NCBI GenBank assembly: GCA_964016885.1
Contig: OZ024743.1
Location: forward strand, 307,520,001 to 307,584,000
From: Eledone cirrhosa
Lineage: Eukaryota
DNA: 64,000 nucleotides
Direction: 5' to 3'
Made by a program: the position numbers and the translations under genes. A model generated the notes under the pieces. That model was given only the letters and a program-made list of their open reading frames with translations. It had not been told where the DNA came from and searched no databases. Of the stretch, positions 1 to 12,378 are shown piece after piece; position 1 is the stretch's first letter, and each line of letters begins with the position of its first letter.

Positions 1-1010
1 TCCCCAGCTCGTCTCCTTGACGGAGCTGCAGTCCTGGGTCAAGCGAAGACCGAGAGGGAGCGCTTGGAGACTGGAATGTCTTCAGGCGCTCACAGCCCTC
101 GACCAATCGGGCAATGTGATCGGTGGAAACTCCACCTTGGCGTTCTATAGGGGATTAGTGGAGGGTAAGAGCGACGACGTACTTGGAGAAACTCTAGGCG
201 TCGATGAAAATCAACTAGCCAATCTCTTCGGAAGGACTTTCGGGCCGGGGCCTATGGACAACTTCCAGAAATCCCTGGCCTGGCAGTGCTACCGGGGTGC
301 TTTGCCAGTTCGGGATAAACTCTACAGGCATGGAGGTGCCGTCAGCCGGGCATGTCCGAGATGCACACAGGGCGACGAAACCGTCCTGCACGCACTCGTC
401 CAGTGTCCGAGCATTGCTGACTTGTGGGTTTATGTCAAACATCTGCTGTCACGTGTAGGACGGATCCTGCTATCAGCTGAGTCCATCGTGAGGATTGCCC
501 CGCCCTCTTCCTTTAGCCGGGAAGGGCAGGCAGTTTTTATGTCTGGTGGCCATGGCGAAAGAGATAGTATGGTGGACACGTTTGAAAGGGCTGAAGACGA
601 GCACTTACCTCTTCGGTGATGCCCTGATTAACTTTTTCAAATTTCATTTGAAAAGGAAAATCAGGGTAGAGAGGGAAGTGCTCTCTTCCCAGCATTTTGT
701 TGAAAGATGGGTGAGATAAGCAAGTATGGCCCGAATGAATGGGCCTTCTCTGAGTATGTGTCTGTAAATTAAAGGTGGAAAACTGAGAGAGGGCACTTGC
801 CCTGGTGGTCAGGGTCACTGTGGTCTTTTAATGGGCTTTCTCCACAAGTCCCCCCCCTATTCGGGAATTTTTTCTTTGTTATTTTATTACATCCTCTGTT
901 TTTTACACGCAGAAATGCCCATTTGTACCGTCCTGTATTGTCCTGTACTGTCCTTAATGTCTACTTTATGTAAACCCTTGTGGTTAATAAAGAAAGCATT
1001 ATTATTATTA
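1..1010 (+). mobile_element. 3' end of an L1/Tx1-type non-LTR retrotransposon (ORF2 C-terminal zinc-binding region, frameshifted) with 3' UTR
   Basis: ORF 17..619 contains LAWQCYRGALPVRDKL...CPRC...ETVLHALVQCP (zf-RVT-like CCHC). It continues in another frame (MAKEIVWWTR...INFFKFHLKRKIRVER). AATAAA near 986 is followed by (TTA)n/(TA)n. Confidence 0.8.
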
Positions 1011-1295
1011 TATATATATATATATATATTATATATAGTAATAATAATAAATGTGAGGACTAAAATCCGAAGAGGGCCCGATAAGGAATATATATCAAAT
1101 ATATAAAAAACCATAGAGCAAATATTTATTAAAATAACAGATTAAAGTTTAACGGGATCTTCTGAAACTAAAAAAAAAAATCAATCTGTGGACACAAAAG
1201 TAAATATTTCGAAAAACGTTACAACCGAAGGAAAACAAGAAGACGATATTAATATATATATATTCCATCGGATGGAATGCTTTGAAAACGCAAAA

Positions 1296-1383
1296 CATAT
1301 CTGAGGAACTTGTAAATGCAGAGTCAGGTTCAATCTGTAACAGATCCTGCCTTGAGCTGATCGACGGAGAAACATGTAATATG
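1296..1383 (+). ncRNA. Type I hammerhead ribozyme-like motif with extended stem II
   Basis: catat-CTGAGGA-[61 nt]-GAAA-catg-TA-atatg. Stem I catat/atatg pairs, stem III region ACATGT is palindromic, and the base of stem II is imperfect. Confidence 0.6.
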
Positions 1384-1509
1384 CTAATAAATTGTGTTTT
1401 GAGTTTTGATGCATTACTGATTCCTCGTTATCTATAATATGCACTGTTCTGCGCGAGCATCGAGTGCTCAAACGGCATACCGCCCACGGACGCTTTTAAT
1501 TGTAACCAT

Positions 1510-1554
<45 letters not shown>

Positions 1555-1655
1555 GTATATACATATGCAAAAGGCAATCAGAAATAACAAAGCTAATGAC
1601 ACATTACAATGAAAAAATATATTATTAGTTTGGGGCTCAATATAGTAGAAAAAGA

Positions 1656-1692
1656 GTTTTAATGTTTCAATGTAAGTCTTTCATCAGAAAAC
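1656..1692 (-). ncRNA. Degenerate minimal hammerhead ribozyme motif
   Basis: Minus strand reads gtttt-CTGATGA-aagacttacatt-GAAA-ca-TT-aaaac. Stem I has 5 bp and stem II is weak. Same layout as 23906-23941. Confidence 0.4.
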
Positions 1693-1984
1693 AAGATGAG
1701 AAATATTTTACGGGTTTTAAAGGACCGAAGCAAGACATCTGACGTCTTATTTTTTATGGTTTAACAAAGTACTGGTGAAGGCGAGATGATTATTGTAAGA
1801 TATATTTACATCCTGGATAAATCAAGCTAATGGGGTAATTAATCAAATTTTTAATTTAAAAAAATAGAAAAAAATGTATGTGTGTGCATATTTATGTGTA
1901 TGTCTGTTTCTGTGTACAATGTGTGTATTTCAAGTGTGAGGTAATCATAATTTAAAGAAAATGACATTTAATAAAATATAATAT

Positions 1985-2197
1985 AATATCCTTACATTTG
2001 TATGGTTTCTCTCCAGTAAGTATTCTCTCATGTGTAGTTAAGTTACCAGAAACAGAATGTCTTACACATTCCTTATATTAGTATGGCTTCTCTCCAGTAT
2101 GTTCTCTTAGGTTACTAGAGTGAGAGAATAACTTAGCATTCCTTACATTTGTATGGTTTCTCTCCATTGTGTTCTCTCATGTATAGTTAAGTCACTG
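1985..2197 (-). pseudogene. Degenerate C2H2 zinc-finger repeats
   Basis: Two to three decayed TGEKPY(K)C units (ggtttctctccagt motif on +) with indels, downstream of the intact array. Confidence 0.7.
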
Positions 2198-2410
2198 GCA
2201 TCTTGTTCAGGTAGTCTTTCAGGTTGTTTTTCATGAAGCCTGTGGCTCTTATTATTATTCAGATCAGCTCAGCGTTATCTCCCAAAGGTGCCAGTTCCTT
2301 CTCATGTCATACATGAGGGCTTGGTATTTTGTGGTCTTATCTATTTCAAGGTATATTCAGGCCAGTCATTTGGGACACTTATCTCGATGACCATCACTTT
2401 CTGCTCTTCC
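2198..2410 (-). mobile_element. Fragment of a restriction-like endonuclease (RLE) domain from an R4/Dong-type non-LTR retrotransposon
   Basis: Minus strand reads, across frameshifts, [12 protein letters not shown]...[19 protein letters not shown]...IIIRATGFMKNNLKDYLNKM. This matches the RLE pattern (I-D/E-x-x-x-P, K-x-x-K-Y, I-I-G-A-T-G-like). Confidence 0.6.
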
Positions 2411-3375
2411 TCTCCAGTATGTGTTCTCTCATGTATAGTTAAGTCACAAGAGACAGAGAATGTTTTTTCACATTCCTTACATTTATATGGTTTCTCTCCA
2501 GTATGTGTTCTCTCATGTATAGTTAAGTCACAAGAGACAGAGAATGTTTTTTCACATTCTTTACATTTATATGGTTTATCTCCAGTATGTGTTCTCTCAT
2601 GTATAGTTAAGTCACAAGAGACAGAGAATGTTTTTTCACATTCCTTACATTTATATGGTTTCTCTCCAGTATGTGTTCTCTCATGTATAGTTAAGTCACA
2701 AGAGACAGAGAATGTTTTTTCACATTCTTTACATTTATATGGTTTATCTCCAGTATGTGTTCTCTCATGTATAGTTAAGTCACAAGAGACAGAGAATGTT
2801 TTTTCACATTCTTTACATTTATATGGTTTCTCTCCAGTATGTGTTCTCTCATGTATAGTTAAGTCACAAGAGACAGAGAATGTTTTTTCACATTCCTTAC
2901 ATTTATATGGTTTCTCTCCAGTATGTGTTCTCTCATGTATAGTTAAGTCACAAGAGACAGAGAATGTTTTTTCACATTCTTTACATTTATATGGTTTCTC
3001 TCCAGTATGTGTTCTCTCATGTATAGTTAAGTCACAAGAGACAGAGAATGTTTTTTCACATTCCTTACATTTATATGGTTTCTCTCCAGTATGTGTTCTC
3101 TCATGTATAGTTAAGTCACAAGAGACAGAGAATGTTTTTTCACATTCCTTACATTTATACGGTTTCTCTCCAGTATGTGTTCTCTCATGTATAGTTAAGT
3201 CACAAGAGACAGAGAATGTTTTTTCACATTCCTTACATTTATATGGTTTCTCTCCAGTATGTGTTCTCTCATGTATAGTTAAGTCACAAGAGACAGAGAA
3301 TGTTTTTTCACATTCCTTACATTTATATGGTTTCTCTCCAGTATGTGTTCTTTCATTTGTAGTTAAGTCACCAGA
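2341..3375 (-). CDS. Open frame with 11 tandem near-identical C2H2 zinc fingers (candidate terminal exon or pseudogene)
   Basis: The 84-bp repeat translates on - as [28 protein letters not shown] x11. There is no ATG at its start. It is bounded upstream by ttctctTAG (stop or splice acceptor) and ends at TAG 2343-2341. The + strand ORF 2288..3379 is its antisense shadow. Confidence 0.75.
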   Translation of the reverse strand, partial: SGDLTTNERTHTGEKPYKCKECEKTFSVSCDLTIHERTHTGEKPYKCKECEKTFSVSCDLTIHERTHTGEKPYKCKECEKTFSVSCDLTIHERTHTGEKPYKCKECEKTFSVSCDLTIHERTHTGEKPYKCKECEKTFSVSCDLTIHERTHTGEKPYKCKECEKTFSVSCDLTIHERTHTGEKPYKCKECEKTFSVSCDLTIHERTHTGDKPYKCKECEKTFSVSCDLTIHERTHTGEKPYKCKECEKTFSVSCDLTIHERTHTGDKPYKCKECEKTFSVSCDLTIHERTHTGEKPYKCKECEKTFSVSCDLTIHERTHTGEEEQKVMVIEISVPNDWPEYTLK

Positions 3376-3693
3376 CTAAGAGAATAATTTTCGGCTAGAT
3401 TTCTTAAGCAAACCAGTGGACATGGAGCAACCACGCTGGGTCTTCTAGATCATATTTAGATAGATTTCTAATTAGACAATATGCACACACACATAAATGC
3501 ATACGCTAGGGTATGGAAAAAAATTTATAGTATAAACAAAATCTTTGAGTACATGGAAGCTACAAAAAATCCAACAAGAGAAACTTCTAGCTGTTTTAAA
3601 GCTTCCCTTGTTTCTTATTTTCTTTCAATATTTGAAATGTTATTTTTGTTATTTTATTTGTTTTCCCTTTTCTCTTTTTTTGCACAATTAATA

Positions 3694-4520
3694 TAATAAA
3701 AATTATTGTATACAGGTCTCATGTGCAATTCATCAAAAGTGCATGTATCGTACATAGAATAATGTACAAATGTCAGGAAAGTGAACAATATATGAGTCAT
3801 GATATACACATAGATATATGTGAGCGTGTGTATAGAGGGAGAATGTCAGGTGTAGAGTTGGCAGTTTTCGAGAAGCATGGAAGTTTTGAAGGATGCAGTG
3901 TCCTGGCAGCTAATAATCAATACAGGTAGCAAGTCTGAGCGTGAAAATATGTTTCCAAAAGTCATGGGAGCTATGCTGTTTTCTGATTTTGTAAGCATGC
4001 CCACGGGCGGCGTTAGACACATGGTGCTCAGGGTTGTTGTTGGCAAGATGGTTAATAACTTTTTGGCTGTTTACCAAGTCAGTTGCCAGAGCGTTAATGC
4101 CCAGGGAAGCAAAGCATTCAGAGTATGGTAGATGCCTGACGGAGGGTATTCGTTTGATTGCATGTCTCTGAACAGTTTCCACGTCAATATTCAGAGCAAG
4201 ATAGGGGTTCCAGAATGGTGATGCAAATTCTAAGTGTGGCCGCACCATAGCTATATACAGCTTTAAATAGATAGCTGGAGAGCAGGTGACAAAGGTCTTA
4301 CTGAGTGATACTAAGACATCCTTGGCCTTCTTGGCAATTTTAGAAATGTGCTTTGTTCAACGCAAATCGCTGCTGACAGTAATGCCCAGAAGATTTCTTT
4401 AGATTAGTGATGTGGAATGTAAACACTGGGGTTTTCCTCACAAAATGTATGGTGGTAACTTATCCACAGCCAGCTTGAGTTGCCAGTTTGTAATCCATTG
4501 CTGCATTGACTCCAGGTTTG
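3694..4520 (-). mobile_element. CR1-clade LINE 3' fragment
   Basis: MVRPHLEFASPFWNPY...ETVQRHAIKRIP...RGHAYKIRKQ...KHIFTLR. Paralogous to 11184-12064 and 28620-29450. Confidence 0.85.
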
Positions 4521-5289
4521 ATTGCAAGAAAGATCTCATCCAATTAAACAGTGATAAATTCATTACATCAACAAAACAGCTTGATTTTCCATTAGTATTG
4601 ATCTGTGGAAAAATATATAGAGGAAAATATAAAAAATATGGTTTGATTTGGAAGAAGAACAATAACCAAGCCTTCATAGTTCCATAAAGACCAATATAAT
4701 AGTTATTGTTAACATAATTTCAGGGAGTATTAAACAATTTTATTTTTCTACACCAATCAATATACAATATTATACATTTATTTGGTGGTTCGTTCATCCT
4801 TATTTCAGCAATTACACTGAAATCTTTACTTTGATAACAAGATCATAATAAACTGAAACATTTTTGGAGTTGTATCATATACTTTCCAGAAAAATAAAAT
4901 TTATATTAGCTATAGAATAATATCAACTATGTACCTATCTCTGTCTTCCTAATCATATGTTTCTAGTTAACACACATAATATCCTACATACTAAATATTA
5001 TCAAAGTTTAGAATGTGGCTGACACCGCATGAAATAGCTACCATATCTAACACAGATTAATATTATAATTGTAATGTAAGTGGTGATGATAGAGGTACAA
5101 AAATAATAATCTTATCATCATCATCATCATCATCATTTTACATCATTTTTTCCATGGGTTGGAGAGGTTACCATGTTTTGAGGCAAGGCAGGTTAGGTGA
5201 CTGTTCTTGCTCATATATTCCACTTAGACATGGTTTCTACAGCTGGATATCCATCCTAATGCCAACCACTTTACACCATGTACTTGGGT

Positions 5290-6027
5290 ACACAAGAGAT
5301 GTAGTGGGATAACAGGTAGACTAACAGGAAGGGAAGACTTTAATGTAGAAGATGCATAGGGGTAATCGAGGTGAAGAGCATCAGTGATATAAACCTTTTC
5401 CGGTCACAGGAAGGGCCCATGGAAGTGGTTGATAGCTGCTGTTATCTAGACAACTTAATTAGCAGTGGAGAAGGATGTTCTGAGAGCATAATAACAAAAA
5501 TAAGGATAGGATGGAGAAAGTTTAGAGAGTTACTCCCACTGTTGACCACAAAAGGTTTCTCCCTACATACAAAAGAACAACTGTATAGTGCCTGTGTGCG
5601 AAGTGCAATGCTGCATGGTAGTGAAACATGTAACTACAGAGGACATGTGTAGACTGGAAAGAAATTAAGCAAACGTGCTTTGTTGGATGTGCAATGTAAG
5701 TGTGGGAGAAGGCAAAGCTTCAACGAGGTGAGGGAGAAGCAGGGTTTAAGAGGAATCCGAAGTGGTGTGCAGGAGAGAAGACTGCGTTGGTATGGGCATG
5801 TGCTTCGCATGGATGATGATCACTGAGTGAAGAAGTGTCGAGAAATCCCAGGGATAGAAAGCTGCAGTAGAGGTAGACAAAGGTAGACCAAGGAAGTCCT
5901 GGGCAGAGGTTGTGAGAGCTGAGCTCAAACTGCCGGGACTGACGGCAAGTAGAAAGATGCCATACTGAGGACCCATACAACCAATGCAAGCATGGAAAAG
6001 TGGATGCAAAAACGATGATGATGATGA
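5290..6027 (+). mobile_element. RTE-clade LINE 3' fragment
   Basis: EVVDSCCYLDNLISSGEGCSESIITKIRIGWRKFRELLPLL...LYSACVRSAMLHGSET. Ends in a (GAT)n tail. Confidence 0.85.
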
Positions 6028-6199
6028 TATATATATATATATATACATTTTTTATCACTTTCATTAGATTGTAAAGACTGCAATGAAGAATATACAGGTG
6101 ACTGTCTATATCTTGGCCCACTTCTTGTGATTTCAGATAATCAGGTAAAACATTATCTAGAGTTAGTCCATTAGCAAATATATACAGGTTTATTAAATA

Positions 6200-6721
6200 C
6201 TAGCTGATGTACCCAGCTTCACCCAGGTAAACAGATGACAAAAGATGACAGGTAGAAGAGAAAATAACTGTATTGGATGTTTGTCTGGCTTACAGTATAA
6301 GGTGAGACCATGGTGTGTGACAAAACAAAAAACAGTAAAAAAATTTTCCAGATACACCACATTCTTCGTTTTACTGTTAGTGCATAATATATGAAGATTT
6401 CTAGGTGTTCCTACTCGTGAACAACCTACATATAACTGTCCATGGGTAAAAACCGATTCTCTCATATTCAACTCTACAACTTTGAGACTTTGAGCCCCGA
6501 GCTTTATTTATGATCATAGCAAAAATAGCTGAAACAGGGAACTGAAGTCTTGAGAATTTGAACGGCAGATTGGTAGAGGAAAGGATAAGAGGAATCTTGG
6601 GAATAAATGCATTTTCTCCTTGATGATTGCCTCCAAGAATAGTGACCTCTAGATGGTTCCTCGTCCACCTGACTGTAAAATGTGTGCCATTGCATAGAAG
6701 TAGCAGGTCCACATTTCTCAA
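6200..6721 (-). mobile_element. Helitron 3' end (PIF1-type helicase C-terminus plus CTAG terminus)
   Basis: LCNGT...IPKIPL...LPFKFSRLQFPVSAIFAMIINKA and VFTHGQLYVGCSRV...TKNVVY. The minus strand ends ...gctgggtacatcagCTAG|t. Confidence 0.85.
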
Positions 6722-7399
6722 AAGGGTGATGAAAGTTCCAATATTTTATATTATATATAGATATAGATAATTGTATATAAATGTGTATGCATGTGCATAA
6801 ACCAGCATTTGAATCAGAGACGCTGGCCGCAAAACATTTATGTATATGTATGTGTAGATGTGTGCATTTAATTCTCTTGCCTGTGTATCTGATTAAGTAT
6901 TTATGTGAAGATGTGTGTATGTAACTTACTAAGGCGTAACATACATAACAAACACATGCACTCACAGACACATACACACTCTTATACAAAATATGATGTC
7001 ATCATCGTGTTATAAAATATCCGTTTTCTTATAGATGTCTATAGTAGATTATTTTAGATAAATTGTTATATTGCTTTAATCCAAATGAAAATGAAAATTA
7101 TATGTTGACACTCCCAGGGTCTAATACTATTACTTTGTAAAATTTGACTTGATTTGGTTAAGCCATTTGGGAATGCATAAGGAAAAGACAGACAGCGTGA
7201 CAAAGAATTTTATATAGAGAGGGATTATTTAACCTTTTCATTATCATATTTCTAATGAAAGACACTATGATTTTCATTTTATTTTTAAATAATCAAAAAT
7301 TTGGAGGTAAATAAGGATACATTGTAATTAAACACAGTTTGATGTGTGATTATCTATCATATATGAGTTATCAGAGCTTCAAAATATTTATAGCAAAAC

Positions 7400-7590
7400 T
7401 TTAAAACATTCTTCGCTAGCCTGCCTGAGATCCTCCTTCTCATGTGTACCCATAGTTTGCATTTGGGACATAGAATGAAATTTCTACCTACTCCTTTCCT
7501 GCACACTAAATGAAGCCATTTTCCTGGGGGCGAACCCTGGGCCCTGTTTTCCTTTTTACTTACTAGAACTTTAGTCTTTAGACTTGAAGC
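7400..7590 (-). mobile_element. RTE LINE internal fragment (Cys-rich insert region)
   Basis: SLKTKVLVSKKEN...GKWLHLVCRKGVGRNFILCPKCKLWVH. Homologous to 37778-38080. Confidence 0.7.
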
Positions 7591-8305
7591 ATTGTGGTAT
7601 AAGAAATACAAATATAACTAGGAAATAAGTTTAATTATTTGGAAGCCAAACAAGTGTGAGATTATAAGTGCCAAGGTAATAAGAATTAGAGAAAATAGGA
7701 CAAAAGAACCGAGAAAAGAGTAAGAATGGTATAATTTTACTTTAGAACTCTTCAGCTGTGTCAAATACATGACAGCCTCCCTTATGTTGGTTTCACGATA
7801 AAATACACACAATAGGCTTGAGATCGTATGTACATGAGAGGTAAGTCCCAGGCACATTTGAATGGTCTGTAACGCCGCTTGAGTACTGACTCAGTCTGTG
7901 AAGATCCGTCAAACCCATACTAGCAGGGAAAACGGACGTTAAATGATGACGATATATTTAGACATGGAAATCTTTCAATACACAAACATATGTGCGTATA
8001 TGACATTTTCTCAAACCTTCCTCCACCCACAAACCTTTGTGGCTAATTAATAAAACAATTATTATCATTTCTATTTTAAAAAGTCATTAAATAAGTTAAT
8101 GGCATTTTGTTTATCAAAAATACATTTTTCAATTATATATTTTAGTTTCGTGACTTTTCATTATTTGACGAAGTTAATCTTAACGTAAAACATATTTGGA
8201 AAAAAAAGCAAACCTGAAACTTACTTATTTAAAATGTCAAGAAACATAAGAGATGAATTAATGTGATTTAGTTGAATATTTTTCAATAAATAAAAATAAA
8301 AATAT

Positions 8306-9358
8306 GGCGATACCTGGTTTTAGTGTCCTAAATTATCATCATCGACATCCAATTATTAGCTCCACCCACTACACGACACGTCATCAGCTGTTGCTGCTTG
8401 ATTTTTATATGTTCATTTTCTTACATGCTTCATTTTTACACGAAAAAACATTGAATTTTTAGAATAAATATTTATTAAAATATTAACAAAGAAAATTAGA
8501 TTTTTGATTTATTTTTTGAACAAAATAAATATTTATTTACAGTTTTTCACAGAAAAAATATGCTTCATTTTTACATGAATATTTATTTACAGTTTTTAAG
8601 TTTTTAACAGAAACACTATGCTTCATTTTTACAACAAATTCTCGATTTTATCTACTATTGGTGTTTTGACACCGAAAATGTTATTTCAAATCAAATTCGC
8701 TGTTACAATACAACTACCGTTACCGACTGGTGCAATTTTATGCGTGATGTATGTAATGAATGGGTTGAGCAAAACCCGGCGATACTCGGTGGTCTTGATT
8801 CTAACGGAATACCAATAACTGTACAAATTGATGAGAGCAAATATTTTCATCGTAAATATGCTCGTGGGCTCTGGCATGAAGGACATTGGGTCATTGGCGG
8901 AATTGAAACGAATAATCCCGCAATATTTTACTCCATGAAATCCCTGATCGTACTGCTGAGACTCTGCTGTCTATCATTGAAAGGCATTGTGCAAATGGAT
9001 CTATGATCCATACAGATGAGTGGCGGACATACAATCAAATACCAAATTTGCTGTAAATAAATATTCATGTAAAAATGAAGCATATTTTTTCTGTGAAAAA
9101 TTGTAAATAAATATTTATTTTGTTCAAAAAATAAATCAAAAATCTAATTTTCTTTGTTAATATTTTAATAAATATTCTAAAAATTCAATGTTCTAAAAAT
9201 TCAATGTTCTAAATATTCTAAAAATTCAATGTTTTTTCGTGCAAAAATGAAGCATGTAAAAATCAAGCAGCAGCAGCTGATGACGTGTCGTGTAGCAGGT
9301 GGAGCTAATAATTGAATGTCGATGATGATAATTTAAGATACTAAAACCAAGTATCGCC
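8306..9358 (+). mobile_element. Internally deleted Merlin (IS1016/ISXO2-like) DNA transposon with ~290-bp TIRs
   Basis: Termini GGCGATAC...GTATCGCC. Inverted arms span ~8306-8592 and ~9051-9358. Internal VQIDESKYFHRKYARG...WVIGGIE, then frameshifted PDRTAETLLSIIERH...IHTDEWRTY. No TSD recognisable. Confidence 0.85.
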
Positions 9359-10369
9359 TTCAATGTTGATTTTAGATGTAAAAGTTTCAACAGATTAAAT
9401 GTCGACGTTGTGTTGAATATTTGTCGTCTGCTTAATATAGGCGGGAAGTGTTCGGAGTTTTCCGGTAAGTTCCGGGGTGGGAGAGAGAGGAGGGGATGTG
9501 GGAATGAGAGATAGACACACTAGATATAGAGAGAAAGAGTTATATATAGAAGAATAAGAGAGCTAGGAAGAGGGAATAAGAAAGAGATATAGTAGTAGAG
9601 AGAGGGGGATAAGAGAGGTAAGACGTAGGAATGAGAGACAGAGGGAAATAGATATAGTACTAGTTAAAGAGAGAAAGAGAAGACGAAAGAAATATCAGTG
9701 TAAAACAGGAGAGAAAGACAGAGATACAGAAGAGTAAAAGAAAGAATGAAAGGCATGAGATAAACAAATAGAGAAAGAAATATATTAAGTGAGAAAATAA
9801 TAAACAAGGAGACAGAGAGAGAGAGATAAAGAAATATATGGGACAGAGGTGGGAGAGAGAGAGAGGTATATATATGTCAGTGAAACAACTGGGAAGCGAA
9901 ATCTCATGATAGAAACAGGTTAAAGATGTTGGATAAAGTAAAATGTGGATAGTTTTAAGGAGGAACATGTTAGATAAGACTCAATTTAAAAAGGTCTGAA
10001 CTAAAACAGGATATGTATGATGCCTTGTTGAAAATAATGATCTTAAAATTTTACTTTGTTCACATATAATAGTGTTTACCTATCAAATATATGTCTGAAA
10101 TCCATTTAAGGCTACACCATATAAATCAATTTACATATGAATTAAACACAGACTTTATAAGTCAGGTATTTCACAAAAGATACAGATTATCCGATGGTGT
10201 TAAGAAACATTATAAAATCTACAGAAATGGAGATAATTTAGGAAAGAACACTTTACCATCAATACCATTTAGACTTCATTGAAAAACTGAAAACTATCAC
10301 TCCATGTTGGAATAAGAAACCATTTAAGGTTTCACGGTAGAAACATTTCTATTTAAATACTGTACATTA

Positions 10370-10780
10370 AAGATGAGTCTGGCTCGTTCATCGAATGGCA
10401 ACCCTCATATATTTTCTTCTTCTTCAGACAGAATACCTTTTCTATTTGAGGCTTTTAATATCTCGGGCAGAATTTCATCCTCCCCAGCAGGCTTGTCACA
10501 TCTGAGCGCTTTAATTGTTCTTGTGACCTTATCCTCGGAGAGATTAGTCATCGCGCCCAAATGCACATCGTGTACATCAGATGTTGTTATTATGTTTAGG
10601 AGATCAGCAAAGTATTATCTCCACCTTGCAAGGCAGCATCTCTCAGAAGAGAGAACCCCAGGCGCATTCCTGATAGCAGGCGTGAATGACTTCTTATAAC
10701 GAAGTCAGCGGATGGTCTACCAGAACACTTTATTTGCTGATCTGAAGTCGGATTCCAGCTCCCATATCTTAACTTTGGAT
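10370..10780 (-). mobile_element. Old LINE fragment (endonuclease-RT linker)
   Basis: Minus strand contains ISEDKVTRTIKALRCDKPAGEDEILPEILK, the typical pre-RT K-x-x-G-x-D-x-I motif. Confidence 0.6.
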
Positions 10781-11183
10781 CTCTTTATTATATATATATG
10801 TATAATGTCCCTAGATTATACGAAAGGATTTTATGGAAATAAAATAAAATATTTTCTATTTAAGAAGTCATAAATGCAATATTTTACCTTCAATGTAGAC
10901 TTCAGATATAAACGTTTAACAGATTAAATATTGAAAATGTTCTGTGTTAAATATGTGTGGGCTTCTTAATATTGGCGGGAAGGCCTCGGAGGTTTCCGGT
11001 AATTTCCGGAGAGAAAAGGAGTGGGAGAAGGAGAAATACAAGAAATTAGAAAGAGGGTAAGACAATGATAATACGTGAGAATGAGAGAGGGACACACTAA
11101 ACAGAGAGAGAAAGTAAAAGATAGCGAAAGAGTGAGATTAAGGGATATAGAGGGTGATAGGGTAACTGGAGAGAGTAATACAG

Positions 11184-12064
11184 ACGACATCAAGCTGTAC
11201 CTTGAGATAAAAAGGACAGATCCTGAACACTATAGATCTTGCTTGCAGTCTGACCTGGACACAATGCAACAGTGGATCTCAGACTGGCAACTCAAGCTAG
11301 CTGTGGACAAGTGCACCACCATGCATTTTGGGAGTAAAAACCCAGCGTCCACATACTCCCTCCACAGCACTAATATCAAGAAGTCTTCCTGTGAACGTGA
11401 CCTGGGCATTACGGTCAGCAGCGATTTGCGTTGGACGAGGCACGTCTCTAAAATTGTCAAGAGGGCCGAGGGTGTCTTAGCATCACTCAGCAAGACCTTT
11501 GTCAGCCGCTCTCCAGATATCTATTTAAGGCTGTATACAGCTATGGTGTGACCACACTTAGAATTTGCATCACCAGTCTGGAACCCCTATCTTGCTCAGG
11601 ACATTGATCGCCTGGAAACTGTTCAGAGACGTGCAACCAAGCGAATACCCTCCATCAGGCATCTACCATACTCTGAGCGCCTTGCTTCTCTGGGCATGGA
11701 TTCATTGAAGCTCCGACGCCTGGCAACTGACTTGCAACAACCCTGAGTACCTTTTCGATTTCCATGTGTCTAACACACGTGGACATGCCCACAAAGTAAG
11801 AAAACAGCACAGTTCCCATGACTTTCGGAAACATTTTTTCACGCTCAGAGTTGCTGAAGCATGGAACAAACTACCTGCATCAGTTGTTAGCTGTCGAGAC
11901 ACTGCATCCTTTAAGGCCTCCATGCTTTCCGAGATCCGCCAACAGAACAGCTAACACATACACACTATTCACTTCCCTGACATTTGTGTATTATTCTATG
12001 TACTATATTGACGAGTTGTAGTGCACCTGAGCACTTTACACAATAATTTCATTATTATTATTAT
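11184..12064 (+). mobile_element. CR1-clade LINE 3' fragment
   Basis: DDIKLY...LQSDLDTMQQWISDWQLKLAVDKC...ERDLGITVSSDLRW...RVAEAWNKLP. Ends with aatttc(att)n. Confidence 0.9.
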
Positions 12065-12109
12065 TTTTTTAATAAAATATAGAGAAGAAAAACAGGGAGA
12101 GTGGGAATG

Positions 12110-12305
12110 AGTTAAGGGTCTATTGATTTTTCTCTGGATTTCACTAAATTCTGTGGATGAATTTGTATCCTGATTCTCTGTTGAGATGAGTTTGAATTAT
12201 TTTTCCTACATCTTACGTTAACTATTTTTCCCATCTTGACGACATAGTCGCATATATATTATAGAATACTGTTAGCTTCTCGCTAAAACAATTTCTATAC
12301 CTTTC

Positions 12306-12378
<73 letters not shown>

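Noticed and set aside
2288-3379. 363-aa + strand ORF ([20 protein letters not shown] repeats)
   Set aside because: Antisense shadow of the minus-strand C2H2 zinc-finger array.
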